Below are positions 1-13,024 of a stretch of 64,000 nucleotides of DNA, piece by piece. A program made the position numbers and the translations under genes. A model generated the notes under the pieces. That model was not told where the DNA came from, searched no databases, and saw only the letters and a program-made list of their open reading frames with translations. Where the stretch lies: NCBI GenBank assembly GCA_964057225.1, contig OZ059898.1, positions 248,001 through 312,000 of the forward strand, given 5' to 3'. Numbering within the stretch: position 1 is the stretch's first letter; the number at the start of each line of letters is the position of its first letter. This DNA comes from Auanema rhodensis. Lineage: Eukaryota; Animalia; Nematoda.

Positions 1-176
1 TCTCTTTATCTTTCACGTGAAGCGAGTTACATACCAAGTGCACATCACGTGTACATTTAATTAGCATAAATTGAAGTTCACGTAAATTTCAAAGTCATGG
101 TTACCATGCACCAATATCAATAAAAATTTGTTTTTAGACTAATATGGACATGGGGAATTTAATTTTGAAAACCGTA
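1..176 (+). repeat. Representative 176-bp monomer (this copy carries A73G, C159T and C175T relative to consensus)
   Basis: Compared with consensus-type copies such as 353-528 and 2641-2816. The consensus has 57 G+C in 176 bp. It contains PmlI (CACGTG x2), ApaLI (GTGCAC), BsrGI (TGTACA) and BstEII (GGTTACC) sites, and no AGCT. Confidence 0.97.
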
Positions 177-3100
177 TCTCTTTATCTTTCACGTGAAGCG
201 AGTTACATACCAAGGGCACATCACGTGTACATTTAATTAGCATAAATTAAAGTTCACGTAAATTTCAAAGTCATGGTTACCATGCACCAATATCAATAAA
301 AATTTGTTTTTAGACTAATATGGACATGGGGAATCTAATTTTGAAAACCGCATCTCTTTATCTTTCACGTGAAGCGAGTTACATACCAAGTGCACATCAC
401 GTGTACATTTAATTAGCATAAATTAAAGTTCACGTAAATTTCAAAGTCATGGTTACCATGCACCAATATCAATAAAAATTTGTTTTTAGACTAATATGGA
501 CATGGGGAATCTAATTTTGAAAACCGCATCTCTTTATCTTTCACGTGAAGCAAGTTACATACCAAGTGCACATCACGTGTACATTTAATTAGCATAAATT
601 AAAGTTCACGTAAATTTCAAAGTCATGGTTACCATGCACCAATATCAATAAAAATTTGTTTTTAGACTAATATGGACATGGGGAATCTAATTTTGAAAAC
701 CGCATCTCTTAATCTTTCACGTGAAGCGAGTTACATACCAAGTGCACATCACGTGTACATTTAATTAGCATAAATTAAAGTTCACGTAAATTTCAAAGTC
801 ATGGTTACCATGCACCAATATCAATAAAAATTTGTTTTTAGACTAATATGGACATGGGGGATCTAATTTTGGAAACCGCATCTCTTTATCTTTCACGTGA
901 AGCGAGTTACATACCAAGTGCACATCACGTGTACATTTAATTAGCATAAATTAAAGTTCACGTAATATTCAAAGTCATGGTTACCATGAACCAATATCAA
1001 TAAAAATTTGTTTTTAGACTAATATGGACATGGGGAATCTAATTTTGAAAACCGCATCTCTTTATCTTTCACGTGAAGCGAGTTACATACCAAGGGCACA
1101 TCACGTGTACATTTAATTAGCATAAATTAAAGTTCACGTAAATTTCAAAGTCATGGTTACCATGCACCAATATCAATAAAAATTTGTTTTTAGACTAATA
1201 TGGACATGGGGAATCTAATTTTGAAAACCGCATCTCTTTATCTTTCACGTGAAGCGAGTTACATACCAAGTGCACATCACGTGTACATTTAATTAGCATA
1301 AATTAAAGTTCACGTAAATTTCAAAGTCATGGTTACCATGCACCAATATCAATAAAAATTTGTTTTTAGACTAATATGGACATGGGAAATCTAATTTTGA
1401 AAACCGCATCTCTTTATCTTTCACGTGAAGCGAGTTACATACCAAGTGCACATCACGTGTACATTTAATTAGCATAAATTAAAGTTCACGTAAATTTCAA
1501 AGTCATGGTTACCATGCACCAATATCAATAAAAAGTTGTTTTTAGACTAATATGGACATGGGGAATCTAATTTTGAAAACCGCATCTCTTTATCTTTCAC
1601 GTGAAGCGAGTTACATACCAAGTGCACATCACGTGTACATTTAATTAGCATAAATTAAAGTTCACGTAAATTTCAAAGTCATGGTTACCATGCACCAATA
1701 TCAATAAAAAGTTGTTTTTAGACTAATATGGACATGGGGAATCTAATTTTGAAAACCGCATCTCTTTATCTTTCACGTGAAGCGAGTTACATACCAAGGG
1801 CACATCACGTGTACATTTAATTAGCATAAATTAAAGTTCACGTAAATTTCAAAGTCATGGTTACCATGCACCAATATCAATAAAAATTTGTTTTTAGACT
1901 AATATGGACATGGGGAATCTAATTTTGAAAACCGCATCTCTTTATCTTTCACGTGAAGCGAGTTACATACCAAGTGCACATCACGTGTACATTTAATTAG
2001 CATAAATTAAAGTTCACGTAAATTTCAAAGTCATGGTTACCATGAACCAATATCAATAAAAATTTGTTTTTAGACTAATATGGACATGGGGAATCTAATT
2101 TTGAAAACCGCATCTCTTTATCTTTCACGTGAAGCGAGTTACATACCAAGTGCACATCACGTGTACATTTAATTAGCATAAATTAAAGTTCACGTAAATT
2201 TCAAAGTCATGGTTACCATGAACCAATATCAATAAAAATTTGTTTTTAGACTAATATGGACATGGGGAATCTAATTTTGAAAACCGCATCTCTTTATCTT
2301 TCACGTGAAGCGAGTTACATACCAAGTGCACATCACGTGTACATTTAATTAGCATAAATTAAAGTTCACGTAAATTTCAAAGTCATGGTTACCATGAACC
2401 AATATCAATAAAAATTTGTTTTTAGACTAATATGGACATGGGGAATCTAATTTTGAAAACCGCATCTCTTTATCTTTCACGTGAAGCGAGTTACATACCA
2501 AGTGCACATCACGTGTACATTTAATTAGCATAAATTAAAGTTCACGTAAATTTCAAAGTCATGGTTACCATGCACCAATATCAATAAAAATTTGTTTTTA
2601 GACTAATATGGACATGGGGAATCTAATTTTGAAAACCGCATCTCTTTATCTTTCACGTGAAGCGAGTTACATACCAAGTGCACATCACGTGTACATTTAA
2701 TTAGCATAAATTAAAGTTCACGTAAATTTCAAAGTCATGGTTACCATGCACCAATATCAATAAAAATTTGTTTTTAGACTAATATGGACATGGGGAATCT
2801 AATTTTGAAAACCGCATCTCTTTATCTTTCACGTGAAGCGAGTTACATACCAAGGGCACATCACGTGTACATTTAATTAGCATAAATTAAAGTTCACGTA
2901 AATTTCAAAGTCATGGTTACCATGCACCAATATCAATAAAAATTTGTTTTTAGACTAATATGGACATGGGGAATCTAATTTTGAAAACCGCATCTCTTTA
3001 TCTTTCACGTGAAGCGAGTTACATACCAAGTGCACATCACGTGTACATTTAATTAGCATAAATTGAAGTTCACGTAAATTTCAAAGTCATGGTTACCATG

Positions 3101-4730
3101 AACCAATATCAATAAAAATTTGTTTTTAGACTAATATGGACATGGGGAATCTAATTTTGAAAACCGCATCTCTTTATCTTTCACGTGAAGCGAGTTACAT
3201 ACCAAGGGCACATCACGTGTACATTTAATTAGCATAAATTAAAGTTCACGTAAATTTCAAAGTCATGGTTACCATGCACCAATATCAATAAAAATTTGTT
3301 TTTAGACTAATATGCACATGGGGAATCTAATTTTGAAAACCGCATCTCTTTATCTTTCACGTGAAGCGAGTTACATACCAAGTGCACATCACGTGTACAT
3401 TTAATTAGCATAAATTGAAGTTCACGTAAATTTCAAAGTCATGGTTACCATGCACCAATATCAATAAAAATTTGTTTTTAGACTAATATGGACATGGGGA
3501 ATTTAATTTTGAAAACCGTATCTCTTTATCTTTCACGTGAAGCGAGTTACATACCAAGGGCACATCACGTGTACATTTAATTAGCATAAATTAAAGTTCA
3601 CGTAAATTTCAAAGTCATGGTTACCATGCACCAATATCAATAAAAATTTGTTTTTAGACTAATATGGACATGGGGAATCTAATTTTGAAAACCGCATCTC
3701 TTTATCTTTCACGTGAAGCGAGTTACATACCAAGTGCACATCACGTGTACATTTAATTAGCATAAATTAAAGTTCACGTAAATTTCAAAGTCATGGTTAC
3801 CATGCACCAATATCAATAAAAATTTGTTTTTAGACTAATATGGACATGGGGAATCTAATTTTGAAAACCGCATCTCTTTATCTTTCACGTGAAGCAAGTT
3901 ACATACCAAGTGCACATCACGTGTACATTTAATTAGCATAAATTAAAGTTCACGTAAATTTCAAAGTCATGGTTACCATGCACCAATATCAATAAAAATT
4001 TGTTTTTAGACTAATATGGACATGGGGAATCTAATTTTGAAAACCGCATCTCTTAATCTTTCACGTGAAGCGAGTTACATACCAAGTGCACATCACGTGT
4101 ACATTTAATTAGCATAAATTAAAGTTCACGTAAATTTCAAAGTCATGGTTACCATGCACCAATATCAATAAAAATTTGTTTTTAGACTAATATGGACATG
4201 GGGGATCTAATTTTGGAAACCGCATCTCTTTATCTTTCACGTGAAGCGAGTTACATACCAAGTGCACATCACGTGTACATTTAATTAGCATAAATTAAAG
4301 TTCACGTAATATTCAAAGTCATGGTTACCATGAACCAATATCAATAAAAATTTGTTTTTAGACTAATATGGACATGGGGAATCTAATTTTGAAAACCGCA
4401 TCTCTTTATCTTTCACGTGAAGCGAGTTACATACCAAGGGCACATCACGTGTACATTTAATTAGCATAAATTAAAGTTCACGTAAATTTCAAAGTCATGG
4501 TTACCATGCACCAATATCAATAAAAATTTGTTTTTAGACTAATATGGACATGGGGAATCTAATTTTGAAAACCGCATCTCTTTATCTTTCACGTGAAGCG
4601 AGTTACATACCAAGTGCACATCACGTGTACATTTAATTAGCATAAATTAAAGTTCACGTAAATTTCAAAGTCATGGTTACCATGCACCAATATCAATAAA
4701 AATTTGTTTTTAGACTAATATGGACATGGG
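1..4730. repeat. Higher-order duplication with a 19-monomer (3344-bp) offset: 1-1386 repeated at 3345-4730
   Basis: The same ordered rare variants occur in both copies: G24A (552/3896); T7A+A156G+A168G (monomers at 705/4049); TAATATTC plus C109A (monomers at 881/4225). Confidence 0.9.
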
Positions 4731-5456
4731 GAATTTAATTTTGAAAACCGTATCTCTTTATCTTTCACGTGAAGCGAGTTACATACCAAGGGCACATCAC
4801 GTGTACATTTAATTAGCATAAATTAAAGTTCACGTAAATTTCAAAGTCATGGTTACCATGCACCAATATCAATAAAAATTTGTTTTTAGACTAATATGGA
4901 CATGGGGAATCTAATTTTGAAAACCGCATCTCTTTATCTTTCACGTGAAGCGAGTTACATACCAAGTGCACATCACGTGTACATTTAATTAGCATAAATT
5001 GAAGTTCACGTAAATTTCAAAGTCATGGTTACCATGCACCAATATCAATAAAAATTTGTTTTTAGACTAATATGGACATGGGGAATTTAATTTTGAAAAC
5101 CGTATCTCTTTATCTTTCACGTGAAGCGAGTTACATACCAAGGGCACATCACGTGTACATTTAATTAGCATAAATTAAAGTTCACGTAAATTTCAAAGTC
5201 ATGGTTACCATGCACCAATATCAATAAAAATTTGTTTTTAGACTAATATGGACATGGGGAATCTAATTTTGAAAACCGCATCTCTTTATCTTTCACGTGA
5301 AGCGAGTTACATACCAAGTGCACATCACGTGTACATTTAATTAGCATAAATTAAAGTTCACGTAAATTTCAAAGTCATGGTTACCATGAACCAATATCAA
5401 TAAAAATTTGTTTTTAGACTAATATGGACATGGGGAATCTAATTTTGAAAACCGCA

Positions 5457-8400
5457 TCTCTTTATCTTTCACGTGAAGCGAGTTACATACCAAGTGCACA
5501 TCACGTGTACATTTAATTAGCATAAATTGAAGTTCACGTAAATTTCAAAGTCATGGTTACCATGCACCAATATCAATAAAAATTTGTTTTTAGACTAATA
5601 TGGACATGGGGAATTTAATTTTGAAAACCGTATCTCTTTATCTTTCACGTGAAGCGAGTTACATACCAAGGGCACATCACGTGTACATTTAATTAGCATA
5701 AATTAAAGTTCACGTAAATTTCAAAGTCATGGTTACCATGCACCAATATCAATAAAAATTTGTTTTTAGACTAATATGGACATGGGGAATCTAATTTTGA
5801 AAACCGCATCTCTTTATCTTTCACGTGAAGCGAGTTACATACCAAGTGCACATCACGTGTACATTTAATTAGCATAAATTAAAGTTCACGTAAATTTCAA
5901 AGTCATGGTTACCATGAACCAATATCAATAAAAATTTGTTTTTAGACTAATATGGACATAGGGAATCTAATTTTGAAAACCGCATCTCTTCATCTTTCAC
6001 GTGAAGCGAGTTACATACCAAGTGCACATCACGTGTACATTTAATTAGCATAAATTGAAGTTTACGTAAATTTCAAAGTCATGGTTACCATGAACCAATA
6101 TCAATAAAAATTTGTTTTTAGACTAATATGGACATGGGGAATCTAATTTTGAAAACCGCATCTCTTTATCTTTCACGTGAAGCGAGTTACATACCAAGTG
6201 CACATCACGTGTACATTTAATTAGCATAAATTGAAGTTCACGTAAATTTCAAAGTCATGGTTACCATGCACCAATATCAATAAAAATTTGTTTTTAGACT
6301 AATATGGACATGGGGAATCTAATTTTGAAAACCGCATCTCTTTATCTTTCACGTGAAGCGAGTTACATACCAAGTGCACATCACGTGTACATTTAATTAG
6401 CATAAATTAAAGTTCACGTAAATTTCAAAGTCATGGTTACCATGAACCAATATCAATAAAAATTTGTTTTTAGACTAATATGGACATGGGGAATCTAATT
6501 TTGAAAACCGCATCTCTTTATCTTTCACGTGAAGCGAGTTACATACCAAGTGCACATCACGTGTACATTTAATTAGCATAAATTAAAGTTCACGTAAATT
6601 TCAAAGTCATGGTTACCATGCACCAATATCAATAAAAATTTGTTTTTAGACTAATATGGACATGGGGAATCTAATTTTGAAAACCGCATCTCTTTATCTT
6701 TCACGTGAAGCGAGTTACATACCAAGTGCACATCACGTGTACATTTAATTAGCATAAATTAAAGTTCACGTAAATTTCAAAGTCATGGTTACCATGCACC
6801 AATATCAATAAAAATTTGTTTTTAGACTAATATGGACATGGGGAATCTAATTTTGAAAACCGCGTCTCTTTATCTTTCACGTGAAGCGAGTTACATACCA
6901 AGTGCACATCACGTGTACATTTAATTAGCATAAATTAAAGTTCACGTAAATTTCAAAGTCATGGTTACCATGCACCAATATCAATAAAAATTTGTTTTTA
7001 GACTAATATGGACATGGGGAATCTAATTTTGAAAACCGCATCTCTTTATCTTTCACGTGAAGCGAGTTACATACCAAGGGCACATCACGTGTACATTTAA
7101 TTAGCATAAATTAAAGTTCACGTAAATTTCAAAGTCATGGTTACCATGCACCAATATCAATAAAAATTTGTTTTTAGACTAATATGGACATGGGGAATCT
7201 AATTTTGAAAACCGCATCTCTTTATCTTTCACGTGAAGCGAGTTACATACCAAGTGCACATCACGTGTACATTTAATTAGCATAAATTGAAGTTCACGTA
7301 AATTTCAAAGTCATGGTTACCATGCACCAATATCAATAAAAATTTGTTTTTAGACTAATATGGACATGGGGAATTTAATTTTGAAAACCGTATCTCTTTA
7401 TCTTTCACGTGAAGCGAGTTACATACCAAGGGCACATCACGTGTACATTTAATTAGCATAAATTAAAGTTCACGTAAATTTCAAAGTCATGGTTACCATG
7501 CACCAATATCAATAAAAATTTGTTTTTAGACTAATATGGACATGGGGAATCTAATTTTGAAAACCGCATCTCTTTATCTTTCACGTGAAGCGAGTTACAT
7601 ACCAAGTGCACATCACGTGTACATTTAATTAGCATAAATTAAAGTTCACGTAAATTTCAAAGTCATGGTTACCATGAACCAATATCAATAAAAATTTGTT
7701 TTTAGACTAATATGGACATAGGGAATCTAATTTTGAAAACCGCATCTCTTCATCTTTCACGTGAAGCGAGTTACATACCAAGTGCACATCACGTGTACAT
7801 TTAATTAGCATAAATTGAAGTTTACGTAAATTTCAAAGTCATGGTTACCATGAACCAATATCAATAAAAATTTGTTTTTAGACTAATATGGACATGGGGA
7901 ATCTAATTTTGAAAACCGCATCTCTTTATCTTTCACGTGAAGCGAGTTACATACCAAGTGCACATCACGTGTACATTTAATTAGCATAAATTGAAGTTCA
8001 CGTAAATTTCAAAGTCATGGTTACCATGCACCAATATCAATAAAAATTTGTTTTTAGACTAATATGGACATGGGGAATCTAATTTTGAAAACCGCATCTC
8101 TTTATCTTTCACGTGAAGCGAGTTACATACCAAGTGCACATCACGTGTACATTTAATTAGCATAAATTAAAGTTCACGTAAATTTCAAAGTCATGGTTAC
8201 CATGAACCAATATCAATAAAAATTTGTTTTTAGACTAATATGGACATGGGGAATCTAATTTTGAAAACCGCATCTCTTTATCTTTCACGTGAAGCGAGTT
8301 ACATACCAAGTGCACATCACGTGTACATTTAATTAGCATAAATTAAAGTTCACGTAAATTTCAAAGTCATGGTTACCATGCACCAATATCAATAAAAATT

Positions 8401-9850
8401 TGTTTTTAGACTAATATGGACATGGGGAATCTAATTTTGAAAACCGCATCTCTTTATCTTTCACGTGAAGCGAGTTACATACCAAGTGCACATCACGTGT
8501 ACATTTAATTAGCATAAATTAAAGTTCACGTAAATTTCAAAGTCATGGTTACCATGCACCAATATCAATAAAAATTTGTTTTTAGACTAATATGGACATG
8601 GGGAATCTAATTTTGAAAACCGCATCTCTTTATCTTTCACGTGAAGCGAGTTACATACCAAGTGCACATCACGTGTACATTTAATTAGCATAAATTAAAG
8701 TTCACGTAAATTTCAAAGTCATGGTTACCATGCACCAATATCAATAAAAATTTGTTTTTAGACTAATATGGACATGGGGAATCTAATTTTGAAAACCGCA
8801 TCTCTTTATCTTTCACGTGAAGCGAGTTACATACCAAGGGCACATCACGTGTACATTTAATTAGCATAAATTAAAGTTCACGTAAATTTCAAAGTCATGG
8901 TTACCATGCACCAATATCAATAAAAATTTGTTTTTAGACTAATATGGACATGGGGAATCTAATTTTGAAAACCGTATCTCTTTATCTTTCACGTGAAGCG
9001 AGTTACATACCAAGGGCACATCACGTGTACATTTAATTAGCATAAATTAAAGTTCACGTAAATTTCAAACTCATGGTTACCATGCACCAATATCAATAAA
9101 AATTTGTTTTTAGACTAATATGGACATGGGGAATCTAATTTTGAAAACCGCATCTCTTTATCTTTCACGTGAAGCGAGTTACATACCAAGTGCACATCAC
9201 GTGTACATTTAATTAGCATAAATTAAAGTTCACGTAAATTTCAAAGTCATGGTTACCATGAACCAATATCAATAAAAATTTGTTTTTAGACTAATATGGA
9301 CATAGGGAATCTAATTTTGAAAACCGCATCTCTTCATCTTTCACGTGAAGCGAGTTACATACCAAGTGCACATCACGTGTACATTTAATTAGCATAAATT
9401 GAAGTTTACGTAAATTTCAAAGTCATGGTTACCATGAACCAATATCAATAAAAATTTGTTTTTAGACTAATATGGACATGGGGAATCTAATTTTGAAAAC
9501 CGCATCTCTTTATCTTTCACGTGAAGCGAGTTACATACCAAGTGCACATCACGTGTACATTTAATTAGCATAAATTGAAGTTCACGTAAATTTCAAAGTC
9601 ATGGTTACCATGCACCAATATCAATAAAAATTTGTTTTTAGACTAATATGGACATGGGGAATCTAATTTTGAAAACCGCATCTCTTTATCTTTCACGTGA
9701 AGCGAGTTACATACCAAGTGCACATCACGTGTACATTTAATTAGCATAAATTAAAGTTCACGTAAATTTCAAAGTCATGGTTACCATGAACCAATATCAA
9801 TAAAAATTTGTTTTTAGACTAATATGGACATGGGGAATCTAATTTTGAAA
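5457..9850. repeat. 10-monomer (1760-bp) higher-order repeat: two copies plus a partial third at a 9-monomer offset
   Basis: G152A at 5960, 7720 and 9304, each followed by a monomer carrying T7C+A73G+C79T+C109A. Offsets are 1760 and 1584. Confidence 0.88.
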
Positions 9851-12800
9851 ACCGCATCTCTTTATCTTTCACGTGAAGCGAGTTACATACCAAGTGCACA
9901 TCACGTGTACATTTAATTAGCATAAATTAAAGTTCACGTAAATTTCAAAGTCATGGTTACCATGAACCAATATCAATAAAAATTTGTTTTTAGACTAATA
10001 TGGACATGGGGAATCTAATTTTGAAAACCGCATCTCTTTATCTTTCACGTGAAGCGAGTTACATACCAAGTGCACATCACGTGTACATTTAATTAGCATA
10101 AATTAAAGTTCACGTAAATTTCAAAGTCATGGTTACCATGCACCAATATCAATAAAAATTTGTTTTTAGACTAATATGGACATGGGGAATCTAATTTTGA
10201 AAACCGCATCTCTTTATCTTTCACGTGAAGCGAGTTACATACCAAGTGCACATCACGTGTACATTTAATTAGCATAAATTAAAGTTCACGTAAATTTCAA
10301 AGTCATGGTTACCATGCACCAATATCAATAAAAATTTGTTTTTAGACTAATATGGACATGGGGAATCTAATTTTGAAAACCGCATCTCTTTATCTTTCAC
10401 GTGAAGCGAGTTACATACCAAGTGCACATCACGTGTACATTTAATTAGCATAAATTGAAGTTTACGTAAATTTCAAAGTCATGGTTACCATGAACCAATA
10501 TCAATAAAAATTTGTTTTTAGACTAATATGGACATGGGGAATCTAATTTTGAAAACCGCATCTCTTTATCTTTCACGTGAAGCGAGTTACATACCAAGTG
10601 CACATCACGTGTACATTTAATTAGCATAAATTAAAGTTCACGTAAATTTCAAAGTCATGGTTACCATGCACCAATATCAATAAAAATTTGTTTTTAGATT
10701 AATATGGACATGGGGAATCTAATTTTGAAAACCGCATCTCTTTATCTTTCACGTGAAGCGAGTTACATACCAAGTGCACATCACGTGTACATTTAATTAG
10801 CATAAATTGAAGTTTACGTAAATTTCAAAGTCATGGTTACCATGAACCAATATCAATAAAAATTTGTTTTTAGACTAATATGGACATGGGGAATCTAATT
10901 TTGAAAACCGCATCTCTTTATCTTTCACGTGAAGCGAGTTACATACCAAGTGCACATCACGTGTACATTTAATTAGCATAAATTAAAGTTCACGTAAATT
11001 TCAAAGTCATGGTTACCATGCACCAATATCAATAAAAATTTGTTTTTAGACTAATATGGACATGGGGAATCTAATTTTGAAAACCGCATCTCTTTATCTT
11101 TCACGTGAAGCGAGTTACATACCAAGTGCACATCACGTGTACATTTAATTAGCATAAATTAAAGTTCACGTAAATTTCAAAGTCATGGTTACCATGCACC
11201 AATATCAATAAAAATTTGTTTTTAGACTAATATGGACATGGGGAATCTAATTTTGAAAACCGCATCTCTTTATCTTTCACGTGAAGCGAGTTACATACCA
11301 AGTGCACATCACGTGTACATTTAATTAGCATAAATTAAAGTTCACGTAAATTTCAAAGTCATGGTTACCATGCACCAATATCAATAAAAATTTGTTTTTA
11401 GACTAATATGGACATGGGGAATCTAATTTTGAAAACCGCATCTCTTTATCTTTCACGTGAAGCGAGTTACATACCAAGTGCACATCACGTGTACATTTAA
11501 TTAGCATAAATTAAAGTTCACGTAAATTTCAAAGTCATGGTTACCATGCACCAATATCAATAAAAATTTGTTTTTAGACTAATATGGACATGGGGAATCT
11601 AATTTTGAAAACCGCATCTCTTTATCTTTCACGTGAAGCGAGTTACATACCAAGTGCACATCACGTGTACATTTAATTAGCATAAATTAAAGTTCACGTA
11701 AATTTCAAAGTCATGGTTACCATGCACCAATATCAATAAAAATTTGTTTTTAGACTAATATGGACATGGGGAATCTAATTTTGAAAACCGCATCTCTTTA
11801 TCTTTCACGTGAAGCGAGTTACATACCAAGTGCACATCACGTGTACATTTAATTAGCATAAATTAAAGTTCACGTAAATTTCAAAGTCATGGTTACCATG
11901 CACCAATATCAATAAAAATTTGTTTTTAGACTAATATGGACATGGGGAATCTAATTTTGAAAACCGCATCTCTTTATCTTTCACGTGAAGCGAGTTACAT
12001 ACCAAGTGCACATCACGTGTACATTTAATTAGCATAAATTAAAGTTCACGTAAATTTCAAAGTCATGGTTACCATGCACCAATATCAATAAAAATTTGTT
12101 TTTAGACTAATATGGACATGGGGAATCTAATTTTGGAAACCGCATCTCTTTATCTTTCACGTGAAGCGAGTTACATACCAAGTGCACATCACGTGTACAT
12201 TTAATTAGCATAAATTGAAGTTCACGTAAATTTCAAAGTCATGGTTACCATGAACCAATATCAATAAAAATTTGTTTTTAGACTAATATGGACATGGGGA
12301 ATCTAATTTGGAAAACCGCATCTCTTTATCTTTCACGTGAAGCGAGTTACATACCAAGTGCACATCACGTGTACATTTAATTAGCATAAATTAAAGTTCA
12401 CGTAAATTTCAAAGTCATGGTTACCATGAACCAATATCAATAAAAATTTGTTTTTAGACTAATATGGACATGGGGAATCTAATTTTGAAAACCGCATCTC
12501 TTTATCTTTCACGTGAAGCGAGTTACATACCAAGTGCACATCACGTGTACATTTAATTAGCATAAATTGAAGTTCACGTAAATTTCAAAGTCATGGTTAC
12601 CATGAACCAATATCAATAAAAATTTGTTTTTAGACTAATATGGACATGGGGAATCTAATTTGGAAAACCGCATCTCTTTATCTTTCACGTGAAGCGAGTT
12701 ACATACCAAGTGCACATCACGTGTACATTTAATTAGCATAAATTAAAGTTCACGTAAATTTCAAAGTCATGGTTACCATGCACCAATATCAATAAAAATT

Positions 12801-13024
12801 TGTTTTTAGACTAATATGGACATGGGAAATTTAATTTTGAAAACCGCATCTCTTTATCTTTCACGTGAAGCGAGTTACATACCAAGTGCACATCACGTGT
12901 ACATTTAATTAGCATAAATTAAAGTTCACGTAAATTTCAAAGTCATGGTTACCATGCACCAATATCAATAAAAATTTGTTTTTAGACTAATATGGACATG
13001 GGGAATCTAATTTTGAAAACCGCA

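Noticed and set aside
119-124. AATAAA polyadenylation signal in each monomer
   Set aside because: Expected by chance in 68% AT sequence, and there is no gene context.
44-176. Budding-yeast point-centromere layout: ATCACGTG (44-51) matches CDEI RTCACRTG and is followed 77 bp later by TGTTTTT, resembling the start of CDEIII
   Set aside because: The spacer is only about 73% AT rather than above 90%, the essential CDEIII TTCCGAA core is missing at the required position, and point centromeres are single-copy rather than tandem. Treated as coincidence.
1-176. Identity with well-known satellites of similar size (Brassica CentBr 176 bp, honeybee AluI 176 bp, Arabidopsis CEN178, primate alpha 171 bp)
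   Set aside because: The monomer has no AGCT or AAGCTT site, which defines the AluI and HindIII families, and I recognise no sequence similarity to them. Alpha satellite differs in length. A database search is needed for a positive assignment.
1-176. Tandem 5S rRNA, tRNA, snRNA or spliced-leader gene array
   Set aside because: No recognisable 5S, tRNA cloverleaf, Pol III A/B box or snRNA sequence, and the unit is very AT-rich. An Infernal/Rfam scan would be the formal test.
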